Source: an uncultured Gammaproteobacteria bacterium | Lineage (GTDB): Bacteria; Patescibacteriota; Microgenomatia; UBA8517 | Reading direction: 5' to 3' | Length of the DNA stretch: 64,000 bases | Assembly: GCA_964617045.1 (NCBI GenBank) | Contig: CAZTVZ010000002.1 | Coordinates: 12,095 to 76,094 of the forward strand | In this document: piece by piece, positions 36,315-46,300 of the stretch | How the letters are laid out: the number at the start of each line of letters is the position of its first letter | Numbering within the stretch: position 1 is the stretch's first letter | Notes under the pieces: model-generated | Database searches by the model: none | Seen by the model: the letters and a program-made list of their open reading frames with translations, nothing else | Told to the model about the DNA's origin: nothing | Translations under genes and position numbers: made by a program

Positions 36315-37049
36315 ATGATTAAGTTTAAAAATGTATCAAAATCCTTCGGCAGCATTAAAGCATTGGAAGATGTTTCTTTTGAAGTAGACAAAGGAGAGTT
36401 TGTTTTTTTGACAGGCCCTTCCGGTGCTGGTAAAACAACACTTTTAAGACTTCTTTTGAGAGAGATGAAAGCGGACAAGGGAAAGATAGAGTTTGACGAT
36501 GTCGATATCACAACCTTACCCGACGAATATATTCCCCAATTTAGACAAAAAATCGGGGTTGTTTTTCAAGATTTCAAAATCCTTGAAGAAAGAACCGTAA
36601 GAGAGAATGTTGAAGTTGCGCTGGCCGTACTTGGAGTTCCGGAAGATCATTGGAAGGCAAGAGTTGATCAGGTTTTGAAACTTGTCGGTCTTTATGACAG
36701 ATCTGAACTATTTCCCAGGCAACTATCCGGTGGTGAAATTCAAAGAACTTCGATTGCAAGAGCTTTGGTTGTAAATCCAAAAATTATTCTTGCGGACGAA
36801 CCTACCGGTAATTTGGATTGGGAAACTGCGGACGGGCTCTTGGATTTGATGGAGAAAATAAACAAAGAAGGAAAAACAATAATTATGGCCACCCACAATC
36901 ATATGGTTTTGGAAAAGTATAAAAAGAGAAATATTAAAATTAAAGACGGAAAGATAGTCAGTAAAGAAAAAGTATCGGAAGAAAAACCCCATTCGACCGA
37001 AGAGCACAAAGAAGATAAAATGAAAGTTGAGGAAGAAAAAAATGAGTAA
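36315..37049 (+). CDS. ftsE: Cell division ATP-binding protein FtsE
   Basis: GPSGAGKTT, IGVVFQDF, LSGGE and ADEPTGNLD motifs; lies upstream of ftsX. Confidence 0.92.
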   Translation: MIKFKNVSKSFGSIKALEDVSFEVDKGEFVFLTGPSGAGKTTLLRLLLREMKADKGKIEFDDVDITTLPDEYIPQFRQKIGVVFQDFKILEERTVRENVEVALAVLGVPEDHWKARVDQVLKLVGLYDRSELFPRQLSGGEIQRTSIARALVVNPKIILADEPTGNLDWETADGLLDLMEKINKEGKTIIMATHNHMVLEKYKKRNIKIKDGKIVSKEKVSEEKPHSTEEHKEDKMKVEEEKNE

Positions 37050-37959
37050 TATTCATTTCAAAACGGCAACGGATTCCATAAGAAGATCTCCTTTCCAGGC
37101 ATTATCAGCAATTGTTGTTTTAACCCTCACTTTCTTTGTTGCAACAATGATGGCCGTTGTTGTTTATTCGACGTCCAATCTTATTAAATATTTCGAAACA
37201 AGACCTCAAATTATTGCTTTTCTCAAATCCGATTCAAACCCAGAGCAAATAGCAGATTTGCAAAACAGACTTGGACAGAACGAAAAATTAAAAGATGTTA
37301 AGTATGTATCCAAAGAAGAAGCACTATCTATATATAAAAGTGCGACATCGGATAACCCTCTTCTGGGAGAGCTTGTGAGCCCTTCAATATTTCCTGCCTC
37401 TTTGGAATTTTCGTTGGAAAATCTATCGTATGCAGAGGAGGTTATTAATTCTGTAAAGGAAGAACAAATTGTCGACCAGGTTGGTTTCACTGCCAGTTTG
37501 GGAGGGGAATCAACTCTAAACGATGTTGTCTCCAGATTGAGAACAATATCCTATTATGTCCGTATCGGTGGGGCGGTACTTGTCGCCATGTTGGCAGCAG
37601 TTTCATTCCTGGTTCTTGTTGTAATAATCGGCATGAGAATGGCTTCGAGAAAGGGAGAAATGGAAATATTGGATTTGATAGGTGCGACGCCTGCGTTTAT
37701 TCGTAGCCCGATTGTATTGGAAGCAACGATATATGCCCTGACTGGTGTATTTATAGGTTGGGTCACTTCTTTTCTTTTTTGGCTATACCTTACCCCGAAT
37801 GTAATTCGCTATTTCGGGGAGATTCCGGTTTTACCAGTGGGTACTCTGGATTTCTTCCTCCTCTTCCTCATTATTTTGGGGGGAGAACTGTTGATTGGAT
37901 TTCTCCTCACGTTATTTGGTAGCTTGCTTGCTATATCACGAGCACGCAAAACCAAATGA
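37042..37959 (+). CDS. ftsX: Cell division permease FtsX
   Basis: YVSKEEAL, R..E..I..LIGAT..FIR.P..LE pattern; four TM helices. Confidence 0.92.
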   Translation: MSNIHFKTATDSIRRSPFQALSAIVVLTLTFFVATMMAVVVYSTSNLIKYFETRPQIIAFLKSDSNPEQIADLQNRLGQNEKLKDVKYVSKEEALSIYKSATSDNPLLGELVSPSIFPASLEFSLENLSYAEEVINSVKEEQIVDQVGFTASLGGESTLNDVVSRLRTISYYVRIGGAVLVAMLAAVSFLVLVVIIGMRMASRKGEMEILDLIGATPAFIRSPIVLEATIYALTGVFIGWVTSFLFWLYLTPNVIRYFGEIPVLPVGTLDFFLLFLIILGGELLIGFLLTLFGSLLAISRARKTK

Positions 37960-39116
37960 AAAGAATATTATTAATTTTCCTCTTATTAATTATCGTTACA
38001 CTTCTGAATCTATTCGGATCGAAGATAAGAGCCCAATCATGTACCGATATTAGTGATTTAAACGAAAGAATTTCCTGTTTGGAGGGGGAAGTATCCAAGC
38101 TGAAAAACCAGGGTGCAACATTGGCTAATCAAGTTGCACAATTTGATACGCAAATTCGCCTAACCCAATTGAAAATATCTCAAACCGAAGAAAAAATATC
38201 CCTTCTTGGAGGAAGAATTGATCAACTTGAAGGATCTCTGGACGCACTAACAAATGCTTTTTCATCTCGAGCAGTTGAAACATACAAAATGTCGAGACTT
38301 GGGGACCCCGCTTATATTATTATCTCGGCACCAAATCTCAACGAAGCAATGTCAAGATTCCATTACCTTCAAAGAATCCAAGAATCAGATCAAGATTTGC
38401 TCCAAAGATTAACTTCCGCACAAAACACTTATAAAAACGAAAAAGTGGATCAAGAGGAATTACAGGAACAATTACAGAAACAAAAAGCAGAGTTGGATTC
38501 CCAGAGAAGAGCTAAAAACACTCTCCTTGCCGAAACAAAAAACAGTGAATCCAAATATCAATCCCTTCTTAATCAGGCAAAAGCTCAGCTTGCGGCTATG
38601 CGCAGATTCGTTACGACTCAAGGAGGAGCAACAATACTTTCCAATCAAACCAAGTGCGACAGTTGGGGATGCTATTACAACCAAAGAGATGCCGAATGGG
38701 GCAATCTTGGATTGGGAGGGTCTTCGTATTCCGTTGCGGGATATGGATGTTTGGTTAGTTCCGTTTCAATGATTGCCAGTCATTACGGGAAAAACATTAA
38801 ACCAGGAAATATTGCAGTAATCGGTGAAGCATTTGTCCCCGGTACGGGTTACCTATATCACAGTTTCTCTGTAAATGGTGTAAAAGTGAGCATCTCTTCG
38901 GCTTCAAGGGACAACTTGGACAGCTATCTTAATTCCGGACAACCGGTAATTGCGGGCCTTTATTCGGGACCGGACCATTTTATTGTCATTCTTCGCAAAG
39001 ACGGAAATAATTACATAATGCATGATCCGTTTTTGGAAAATGGAGGAAACAGAAATCTTTCGGATAAATATAGCGTATCCGACATAAGCAGTTTAAGACT
39101 TGTATCCTTCAACTAG
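37956..39116 (+). CDS. Exported coiled-coil protein with C-terminal C39-like peptidase (probable FtsEX-activated hydrolase)
   Basis: PcsB/CwlO-like coiled coil; YYNQRD..W, GCLVSS..M, HFIV and HDP motifs. Confidence 0.8.
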   Translation: MKRILLIFLLLIIVTLLNLFGSKIRAQSCTDISDLNERISCLEGEVSKLKNQGATLANQVAQFDTQIRLTQLKISQTEEKISLLGGRIDQLEGSLDALTNAFSSRAVETYKMSRLGDPAYIIISAPNLNEAMSRFHYLQRIQESDQDLLQRLTSAQNTYKNEKVDQEELQEQLQKQKAELDSQRRAKNTLLAETKNSESKYQSLLNQAKAQLAAMRRFVTTQGGATILSNQTKCDSWGCYYNQRDAEWGNLGLGGSSYSVAGYGCLVSSVSMIASHYGKNIKPGNIAVIGEAFVPGTGYLYHSFSVNGVKVSISSASRDNLDSYLNSGQPVIAGLYSGPDHFIVILRKDGNNYIMHDPFLENGGNRNLSDKYSVSDISSLRLVSFN

Positions 39117-39955
39117 TGTCAAAAAAGATTTGGACGATATTATTATTTGCCATTTTGTTTTTTGCTTCTGCCTCAACAACAAAAGCACAAGTTCTTATCA
39201 ACGAATTTAGCTCTTATGATTCTCCCGGTGATTGGGTAGAACTATATGCAATCGAAACAACGGATATATCGGGATGGCATTTAAGAGACACTTCGGCAAC
39301 AAACGATAAAATAATCCCTGAAGGAACAATGTTAAATGCAGGAAGCTTTTATATTATCGAATACAGTAATTATCTGGATAAATCAGGTGATGTGATTTAC
39401 CTTAAAAAAGCCGACAACTCTACTGTTGTGGATTCCATTCCCTATGGAGATGAGGGTGGAGTATGTGCTCCGGGTTCGGGAGAATCTGTCGGAAGATATC
39501 CCGATGGGGGAAACACTATCGAAAGAATGAGTAGTCAAACCAAAGGAACTGCAAATTCATCAGTATTCAATGTATGTCCGACTCCAACCCCGACTCCCAC
39601 TCCGACTCCAACACCCACCCCAACCTCGACTTCAACTTCTACGCCAACAGCAGTAACAACAGTTTCTGCGACTAAAACGCCTTCTCCGACAAAAACTCCT
39701 ACTCCAACAAAAAAAATAAGTCCTACCGAAACAAAGGAACTGGACAATACAATTGCTGTTTTGAGAGATGTTAGTCCGACACCGACGGAAGATGAGGAGC
39801 CTGTTGTTTTGGGGGTAAGTAAAAGAAAAATTCCACCATCCGCATACGTTTTGATGGGTTTGGGAGGGTTAATGGTTCTTGGGGGAACTCTTGTGCTAAT
39901 CAAAAAAGTAAAGGAAAATAAATATAACGGAAATGAAAATTCTCACATTCTTTAA
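39116..39955 (+). CDS. Lamin-tail-domain surface protein with Thr/Pro linker and C-terminal TM
   Basis: VLINEF..DWVELY..DISGW.L.D and GRYPDG motifs; (PT)n linker; TM with basic tail. Confidence 0.88.
   Translation: MSKKIWTILLFAILFFASASTTKAQVLINEFSSYDSPGDWVELYAIETTDISGWHLRDTSATNDKIIPEGTMLNAGSFYIIEYSNYLDKSGDVIYLKKADNSTVVDSIPYGDEGGVCAPGSGESVGRYPDGGNTIERMSSQTKGTANSSVFNVCPTPTPTPTPTPTPTPTSTSTSTPTAVTTVSATKTPSPTKTPTPTKKISPTETKELDNTIAVLRDVSPTPTEDEEPVVLGVSKRKIPPSAYVLMGLGGLMVLGGTLVLIKKVKENKYNGNENSHIL
39578..39730 (+). repeat. Degenerate 6-bp (Pro-Thr)n coding repeat
   Basis: ccgactccaaccccgactcccactccgactccaacacccacccca encodes PTPTPTPTPTPTPTPT, followed by TKTP repeats. Confidence 0.8.
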
Positions 39956-40349
39956 ATATTGGCTTCCTCCATTTTTATGGTCTTTATTGATTTTTAAATT
40001 CTCTTCAAGAATGCTACCTTCCACTTCCGATTTTTATTGGAACGATTTTATTGTCAAAAAGTCGGCACACATTGTGATGTATGCAACATATGCAATGCTA
40101 ATTTTTAGAGCATTCAAAGGGAGCGGCTTAGATAAAAAACGTTCAATTGTTTTGGCTTTTGTCATTTCTTTGGCATATGCATTTTCGGACGAATTCCATC
40201 AATCCTTTGTACCCGGAAGAACGGCGCGCATTTATGATTTGGTTTTTGATACAATTGGTGCGTCGGTTTCGCTTTTTACCATATGGAAATTATCACCAAA
40301 AACGCCGAGGATACTAAAGAACTTGGCAGAAAAATTGGATCTTCTATAA
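39933..40349 (+). CDS. VanZ-family membrane protein
   Basis: WLPP..W..IF.FSS, KKSAH..Y and YAFSDEFHQSFVPGR..D..D motifs. Confidence 0.9.
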   Translation: MKILTFFKYWLPPFLWSLLIFKFSSRMLPSTSDFYWNDFIVKKSAHIVMYATYAMLIFRAFKGSGLDKKRSIVLAFVISLAYAFSDEFHQSFVPGRTARIYDLVFDTIGASVSLFTIWKLSPKTPRILKNLAEKLDLL

Positions 40350-40705
40350 AGGGGGGAGAAATATTCGCACTTTCCGGAAACTTGGGTGCCGGAAAAACTA
40401 CCTTCATGCAGGGATTTGCTGAAGGATTGGGATACTTGGGAAGGCTTACATCCCCAACTTTTATTTTAATGAGACAGTACTCCTTGCACGAAAAAACTCT
40501 TTTTCATTTGGATTTGTACCGTTTTGAGAAAAACATAAAAGACGAAATAGATAATCTTGGAGTGACCGATTTGTGGGGAAGAAAAGAAAACATTATGGTT
40601 ATCGAGTGGGCGGAGAAAATTAAAGAGTATTTACCAGAAAAGACAAAATGGATTAATTTTGAGATAATTGGTGACACGGAAAGGAAAATTACATATGAAG
40701 GGTAA
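40283..40705 (+). CDS. tsaE: tRNA threonylcarbamoyladenosine ATPase TsaE
   Basis: GNLGAGKTT, SPTF, HLDLYR and IEWAE motifs. Confidence 0.95.
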   Translation: MEIITKNAEDTKELGRKIGSSIKGGEIFALSGNLGAGKTTFMQGFAEGLGYLGRLTSPTFILMRQYSLHEKTLFHLDLYRFEKNIKDEIDNLGVTDLWGRKENIMVIEWAEKIKEYLPEKTKWINFEIIGDTERKITYEG

Positions 40706-41684
40706 AATATTGGTTACCGGAGGTGCCGGGTACATTGGATCCTTTATGGTGAGGGCTTTGAAAAAAGCAGGTTTCACTCCGGTTATTGCCGACAATCTTT
40801 CTTCAGGTCATAAAGAAGCGGTTAAAGATTTTAAGTTTTATCAGATAGATATTGCGGAAGAACCAAATAAACTGGAGGAAATATTCAAAAAGGAAAAATT
40901 CCTAGGTGTTGTGAATATGGCGAGTTATATACAAATGGGTGAATCTTTCAGAAACCCGGCAAAATATTTCGATAATAACTTGAGAATTGCAATTAATGTA
41001 TTAAATATGATGGCCAAATATAATGTGCCTTATTTTATTTTTTCTTCTTCGGCTGGAGTGTATGGGAATCCAGAAAGGACACCTATTCGTGAAGACGACA
41101 GAAAAAATCCTCTTAATCCTTACGGAGAAACCAAATACCAGATTGAACGAATGCTTCAATGGTATGACACTGCATACGGTATGAAATTTGTTGCTTTAAG
41201 GTATTTTAATGCCGCAGGGGGAGCCATGGACGGATCCATTGGAGAAGACCATCCTGACGAAAGCCATTTGATACCTATTGCCTTGAAGTGTGCAATGGAA
41301 GACAGAGAATTTACCATTTTCGGTAAAGATTATAAAACCAAAGATGGGACATGCGAAAGAGATTATGTTCATGTACTGGATTTGTCAGAAGCACATGTTC
41401 TTGCACTCAAGTATTTGATTAAAGGAGGAAAAAGCGAATACGTGAATTGTGCCGTAGGTAAAGGATATTCCAACAACCAGATTGTAAAAGAAATCGAAAA
41501 AGTATTGGGTAAAAAGATGGCCGTAAAATACGGAGAAAGAAGAGCCGGAGATGCGGATAAACTATATGCTGCAAACTCAAAGATCAAAAAAATACTCGGA
41601 TGGAAACCCAAGTATGGACTCAATGAAATAATTTCTAGTGCCCACAAATGGCACAGCATGCATCCCAAAGGATATTTAAAATGA
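40695..41684 (+). CDS. galE: UDP-glucose 4-epimerase
   Basis: TGGAGYIGS, FSSSAGVYG, YGETK, LRYFNAAG and DGTCERDYVHV motifs. Confidence 0.95.
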   Translation: MKGKILVTGGAGYIGSFMVRALKKAGFTPVIADNLSSGHKEAVKDFKFYQIDIAEEPNKLEEIFKKEKFLGVVNMASYIQMGESFRNPAKYFDNNLRIAINVLNMMAKYNVPYFIFSSSAGVYGNPERTPIREDDRKNPLNPYGETKYQIERMLQWYDTAYGMKFVALRYFNAAGGAMDGSIGEDHPDESHLIPIALKCAMEDREFTIFGKDYKTKDGTCERDYVHVLDLSEAHVLALKYLIKGGKSEYVNCAVGKGYSNNQIVKEIEKVLGKKMAVKYGERRAGDADKLYAANSKIKKILGWKPKYGLNEIISSAHKWHSMHPKGYLK

Positions 41685-41980
41685 AACTCTATATAGATAC
41701 TTCAAACAGGGAAAATACGGTTGTTGAGATAGACGGAGAAAGAACCGAATCGGGTGGGGGGAATAAATCGCAAAGACTCCTGTCTTTGATAAAAGAAGCA
41801 ATGGATAAAAAACAAATTGATTTTTCCGATTTTTCCGAGATTGAAGTAAATACAGGACCTGGTTCTTTTACGGGTTTAAAAGTGGGTGTTGCGGTTGCTC
41901 AAACACTTGGATGGGCATTGGGAATTCCTGTTAACGGAAAAGATCTGAGGAAGGGCGGATCAATAGACATAAATTATTAA
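41681..41980 (+). CDS. tsaB: Short TsaB-like protein (N-terminal domain only, 99 aa)
   Basis: LYIDTS, SQRLL and GPGSFTGLKVGVAVA motifs; ends soon after IPVNG. Confidence 0.8.
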   Translation: MKLYIDTSNRENTVVEIDGERTESGGGNKSQRLLSLIKEAMDKKQIDFSDFSEIEVNTGPGSFTGLKVGVAVAQTLGWALGIPVNGKDLRKGGSIDINY

Positions 41981-42675
41981 TGGGTTTTTGGGATTCCCGG
42001 ACTCTTGTGCCCTCTATTACTTCCTGGAATGTTGATTGGAGAAAATGGGTAAAGGATGCAGACGAACTTGGTATTAAATCATTGGCAATCTTTCTTACCG
42101 GGATAGACAAATCGGAAAGACCCGAGCTTTATAAACTTCTTGATGAGAGCAATGTAGAAAATATTCCTTTTGTTCACCTCAAAAGCGACATGGATTTGTG
42201 GGAGTTGGATTACTTTGTGGAAAAGTGGGGAACCAAGGCTTTCAATATTCACACTGAGAAAGAATATAGACAGGAAAACGATATATCCAAATACAAGAAT
42301 ATAATCTATGTCGAAAATGTTCATTTGAAACTTGACGAAGAAGAGGTGAAAAGATGGGGAGGCTTGTGTATAGATGTAAATCATATCGAAGAAGCAAAAT
42401 ACATCTATAAAGATATCCATGAACATAACCTTGAGGTAATGAAGAAATACAAAGTCGGTTGTAATCATTTATCACCCCTCAAGGCTGATATTGCTACCGA
42501 TCTGGAATTCAAAAATACTCACCTTGTCGAAAACCTGTCGGAATTTGATTATCTGGACAATTATGAATCGAGATTCTTCGGGCCAATAATGGCTTTGGAG
42601 GTACGCAACCCCTTGAAGGAACAATTACCCATGTTGAAATACGTAGTAGAATTACTTGATGGCAAAGAAAAGTAA
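41980..42675 (+). CDS. Hypothetical protein, possible xylose-isomerase-like TIM barrel
   Basis: Spaced putative metal ligands VH, NIH, VEN, CIDVNH, CNHLS and ALE. Confidence 0.6.
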   Translation: MGFWDSRTLVPSITSWNVDWRKWVKDADELGIKSLAIFLTGIDKSERPELYKLLDESNVENIPFVHLKSDMDLWELDYFVEKWGTKAFNIHTEKEYRQENDISKYKNIIYVENVHLKLDEEEVKRWGGLCIDVNHIEEAKYIYKDIHEHNLEVMKKYKVGCNHLSPLKADIATDLEFKNTHLVENLSEFDYLDNYESRFFGPIMALEVRNPLKEQLPMLKYVVELLDGKEK

Positions 42676-43270
42676 AATCAACTGGACCAAAACACTTGGC
42701 CTTATCGGAGACATTCTCATATTAATCGGACTTGTTGCCATAGTCCTTACCTTCAGGGAAGCCGCACAAAAAGAAGTAAGCTATACGGTTCGAAAAACAT
42801 TCAATATTCCTTATAAGGAAAAAGATCTAACTCCGGGGAATAAAGACTTTTGGATTGTAATTCCCAAAATTGGTGCTTCATCAAGGGTAATTGCCGACGT
42901 TAGTCCTTCAAACGAGGAAGAATATTTGAGTGCCCTAAGAAGGGGAGTTGCTCACGCTAAAGGTTCGACTTATCCGGGAGATTTTGGTAATACATATATC
43001 TTTGCCCACTCAACGGATACTTTTTATAATGTAGGACAATACAATGCTGTTTTCTTTTTACTCGGCAAGTTGAATAAAGGAGACAATATAGAAATTTACT
43101 ATAAGGAGAAGAAATATGATTATATTGTTAATGAAGTTAAGGTTGTTGACGCTGCCGATGTTAAATACCTCGGCAAGCTTGGAGAATGGAATACTTTAAC
43201 CTTGCAAACATGTTATCCTCCGGGAACCACATTAAAACGTCTTGTAGTAGTTGCTGATCAAAAGATTTGA
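42659..43270 (+). CDS. Sortase
   Basis: N-terminal TM; IVIPKIG, GVAH, FAHS (His), LTLQTCYPPG (Cys) and R.VVVA (Arg). Confidence 0.95.
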   Translation: MAKKSKINWTKTLGLIGDILILIGLVAIVLTFREAAQKEVSYTVRKTFNIPYKEKDLTPGNKDFWIVIPKIGASSRVIADVSPSNEEEYLSALRRGVAHAKGSTYPGDFGNTYIFAHSTDTFYNVGQYNAVFFLLGKLNKGDNIEIYYKEKKYDYIVNEVKVVDAADVKYLGKLGEWNTLTLQTCYPPGTTLKRLVVVADQKI

Positions 43271-43295
43271 CAACACCTATAACCGGGTGTATAAC
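43267..43295 (+). promoter_or_regulatory. Sigma70-type promoter of the LPATG surface protein
   Basis: TTGACA-17-TATAAC, with an ACACC-N8-GGTGT inverted repeat in the spacer. Confidence 0.55.
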
Positions 43296-43316
43296 ATCAA
43301 AGTACCTAAAGAAAAG

Positions 43317-46300
43317 ATGAGTCGAAATAAAGCAAACAGACTGTTCTCATTCCTCGCCCTCTTTTCTATTGTCTTCAACAATATCCTCACACCACTTTCA
43401 GTTTATGCAGAAGATGTTCAAGAAAATCCACAACAACAAGAAGATGTTCTTGTTGAACCAGCTCCTTCAACCGAAGAAACACAAGATCAAGTTGAGATAA
43501 CTCCAACCGAAACAATTATTCCGACGCCAACTGTTGAAGAATCGATTATTACTACACCAGAAGCAACTCCGGAAGTAAGTGGGGAAACAAACGAAGCAGC
43601 ACAACCGCAAGCTCCTCCTGTAACGGATACTCCTACCCCTACTCCTTCAGTTGAGATAGTAGCTCCACAAGGTGACGAAAAATTGCAGGTAAATATTGTT
43701 GAAGATGTTCAAGCTGTATCAATCGATTTTATGGATATTCAATACAATCCGGACGGAACAGCCTCAATTAAAACAGATAAATTGGATTATGCACCAACAG
43801 ATGTTGTTGTAATAACAGGTACCGGATTCGATGTTTTAACGGAATATGACCTTCTTATTACGGGTACTAATGATTTTAATTACACCACCAAAGTAACAGC
43901 AAGTGATAAAGGAGAAATTCTTTATTCCTATCAATTAGATGGAACTTATCGACCTGAATATAAAGTTGAAATTAAATCAGGAGATGTGGTTATTGCGGAA
44001 GCAACATTTACTGATGCTGATACAAGTTTGAATACACCTGATGATGTCGATGGGAATATCTCTATTTCAGGAGGTGACCATAATTGGTCTAACTCTTCAG
44101 ACGCACGAACATCAAACAATGATAGAGCGTACGTACTGATAACCAGTTCAAGTAACATATCAAATTACTTAAGAGCCACAGATTTTGATTTTTCGATACC
44201 GAATGATGCTTTGATCAACGGAATAACTGTTGTTATTGAAAGAAGTGAAGGTGGGCAAAATCCATCAAAAATTAGGGATTACTCGGTTCGTCTTGTGAAA
44301 AATGATAATGTTGTTGGGGACAACAAGGCAAAAACCGGTATTGATTGGCCGCTTAGCGATGGTACTGAAAACTACGGTGGTGTGGGTGATTTGTGGGGTG
44401 AATCATGGACTGCGAACGAAATTAACAGTAACAAATTTGGTGTCGCACTTTCAGTGGGAAGAAACAGTGGTGGTGATGAATACGCCAGGGTAGATGCAAT
44501 TTCAATATCAGTGAATTATTCTTTGTCCAGCGAACAAAAGGAATACTGGTGTCATTGTGCTGCAAGTGGTGTTTGCAATACCCTTCATCTTCCGATGTCG
44601 GCGTTAATAAGTGCTGGTCATGTAGATGCCAATGGAAATCCTCTTCACGCTGGCGATTATGCTGGACAATGTATTCAAAAAGGTACGATTGTTGTAAAGA
44701 AGGTAACTAATCCTAACACCGATACCACAACGATGTTCAGTTTTAGTGGTAACGCTGGCGGAATGATGGGTAATGGTGAACAGATCAATTGGGGACAACA
44801 AAATCCCGGAAGTTATACCATGACGGAAGATGATCCTTCTGCTTTGGGTTACGAACTTGAATCAATTTCTTGTAATGATGGGGCTTCGCAAACACCATCT
44901 ACATGGGATTTAAATAGTAGAACGGTTTATCTTAACCTCGATTCTGGAGAGAATCTTGAATGTACGTTTACAAACAAAAAATTACCTGTGACCTTTTCGA
45001 TTAACAAATACATTGATCAGGATGGTGATTTGGAAAATACGACAGGAGACAGATCCGATGGTGTGGGATGGACTTTCCAAATATACAAAGAAGGAGCAGC
45101 TCCTCAATTGATGGCAACCGGAACAACCGATTCTACTGGAAATATATCTATGCCTCCCTTCTATCCCGAATCAGGGAAAACATATAGAGTTGTTGAGCAA
45201 TCTCAATCCGGATATTCATTTGTATCCGCCAAGTGTGGTATAGCTGCTACACCAAGGGGGCAAATTGGAACGGACTCGGTTGACTCAATCTCTGTAAATC
45301 CTGGAGAGAACATTGTTTGCGATTTTTACAACAAACCTGCAACGGGAGTTTTGAAAATCACGAAAGATTCAAGGCCGAACGATACACAAGACTTTTTGTT
45401 CACAATTAGGGATTCTCAAGGAAATATTGTGGGAAATGCGGAATTGGATGATTGGTCAGGATCAAGTAGGCCTGACAACAAATCATTTACGCTTAATGCA
45501 GGAACATATTACATAACGGAAACGGTTGAAGGTGGTTCTCCCGATTGGAAACTGACCGATGCCGTATGTACTACAGACACAGGATCTTTGGGTAATTATG
45601 GTTTTACTCCAGACGGAAGGTTTAGTGCAGAAGTTCTTCCGGGACAAAACATGAATTGTACTTTTATTAACACCAAGTATGGTGGGGTATACGGCGAGAA
45701 ATTTAACGATAAAAACGGAAACAATATCGATGATTCTGGAGAAGAAGATTTGAGAGGATGGAGAATATATGTTGATCTTAATGAAAACGGTAAATACGAT
45801 TCTGGTGAACCGACCGATGTAACAGATAGTGGTGGGGACTATTCAATCGGTGGACTTCTTCCTGGAGAATACAGTATTTGTGAAGTTCAACAAAGTGGAT
45901 GGTATAGTTCACTTCCCAATAACGCTCTTTGTCAAAAAACGACCATTCATTCCGACGGAGGAGATTGGGATGAGGTCAGCTTTGGAAACCACGGTATTGT
46001 AACAATTAAAGCTTACAAGATTGTGTGTCCGATGGAAGCATTTCTTCCGAATTGGGGTTATGGACCGTATGGATCTATCGACGGTGGAACAGCCGATTGG
46101 TTTCTCTCTCATCACACCGGTTGTTATTACCAAGACAATTGGGAATTCCAGTGGGGATACGGCGGAAGAGGTGGAGTATCGTCAGTGCCGGGTGACTATA
46201 TTGGATACGCTCCAAAAACGGGAGATGATTATGATGAATGGAAGAATTTTAATACCGCAACAAACAACCACTATGGAAGCCAATATTCAGCCAAAGCATA

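Noticed and set aside
39535-39903. Minus-strand ORF rich in VGVGVG
   Set aside because: It is the antisense reading of the (Pro-Thr)n linker.
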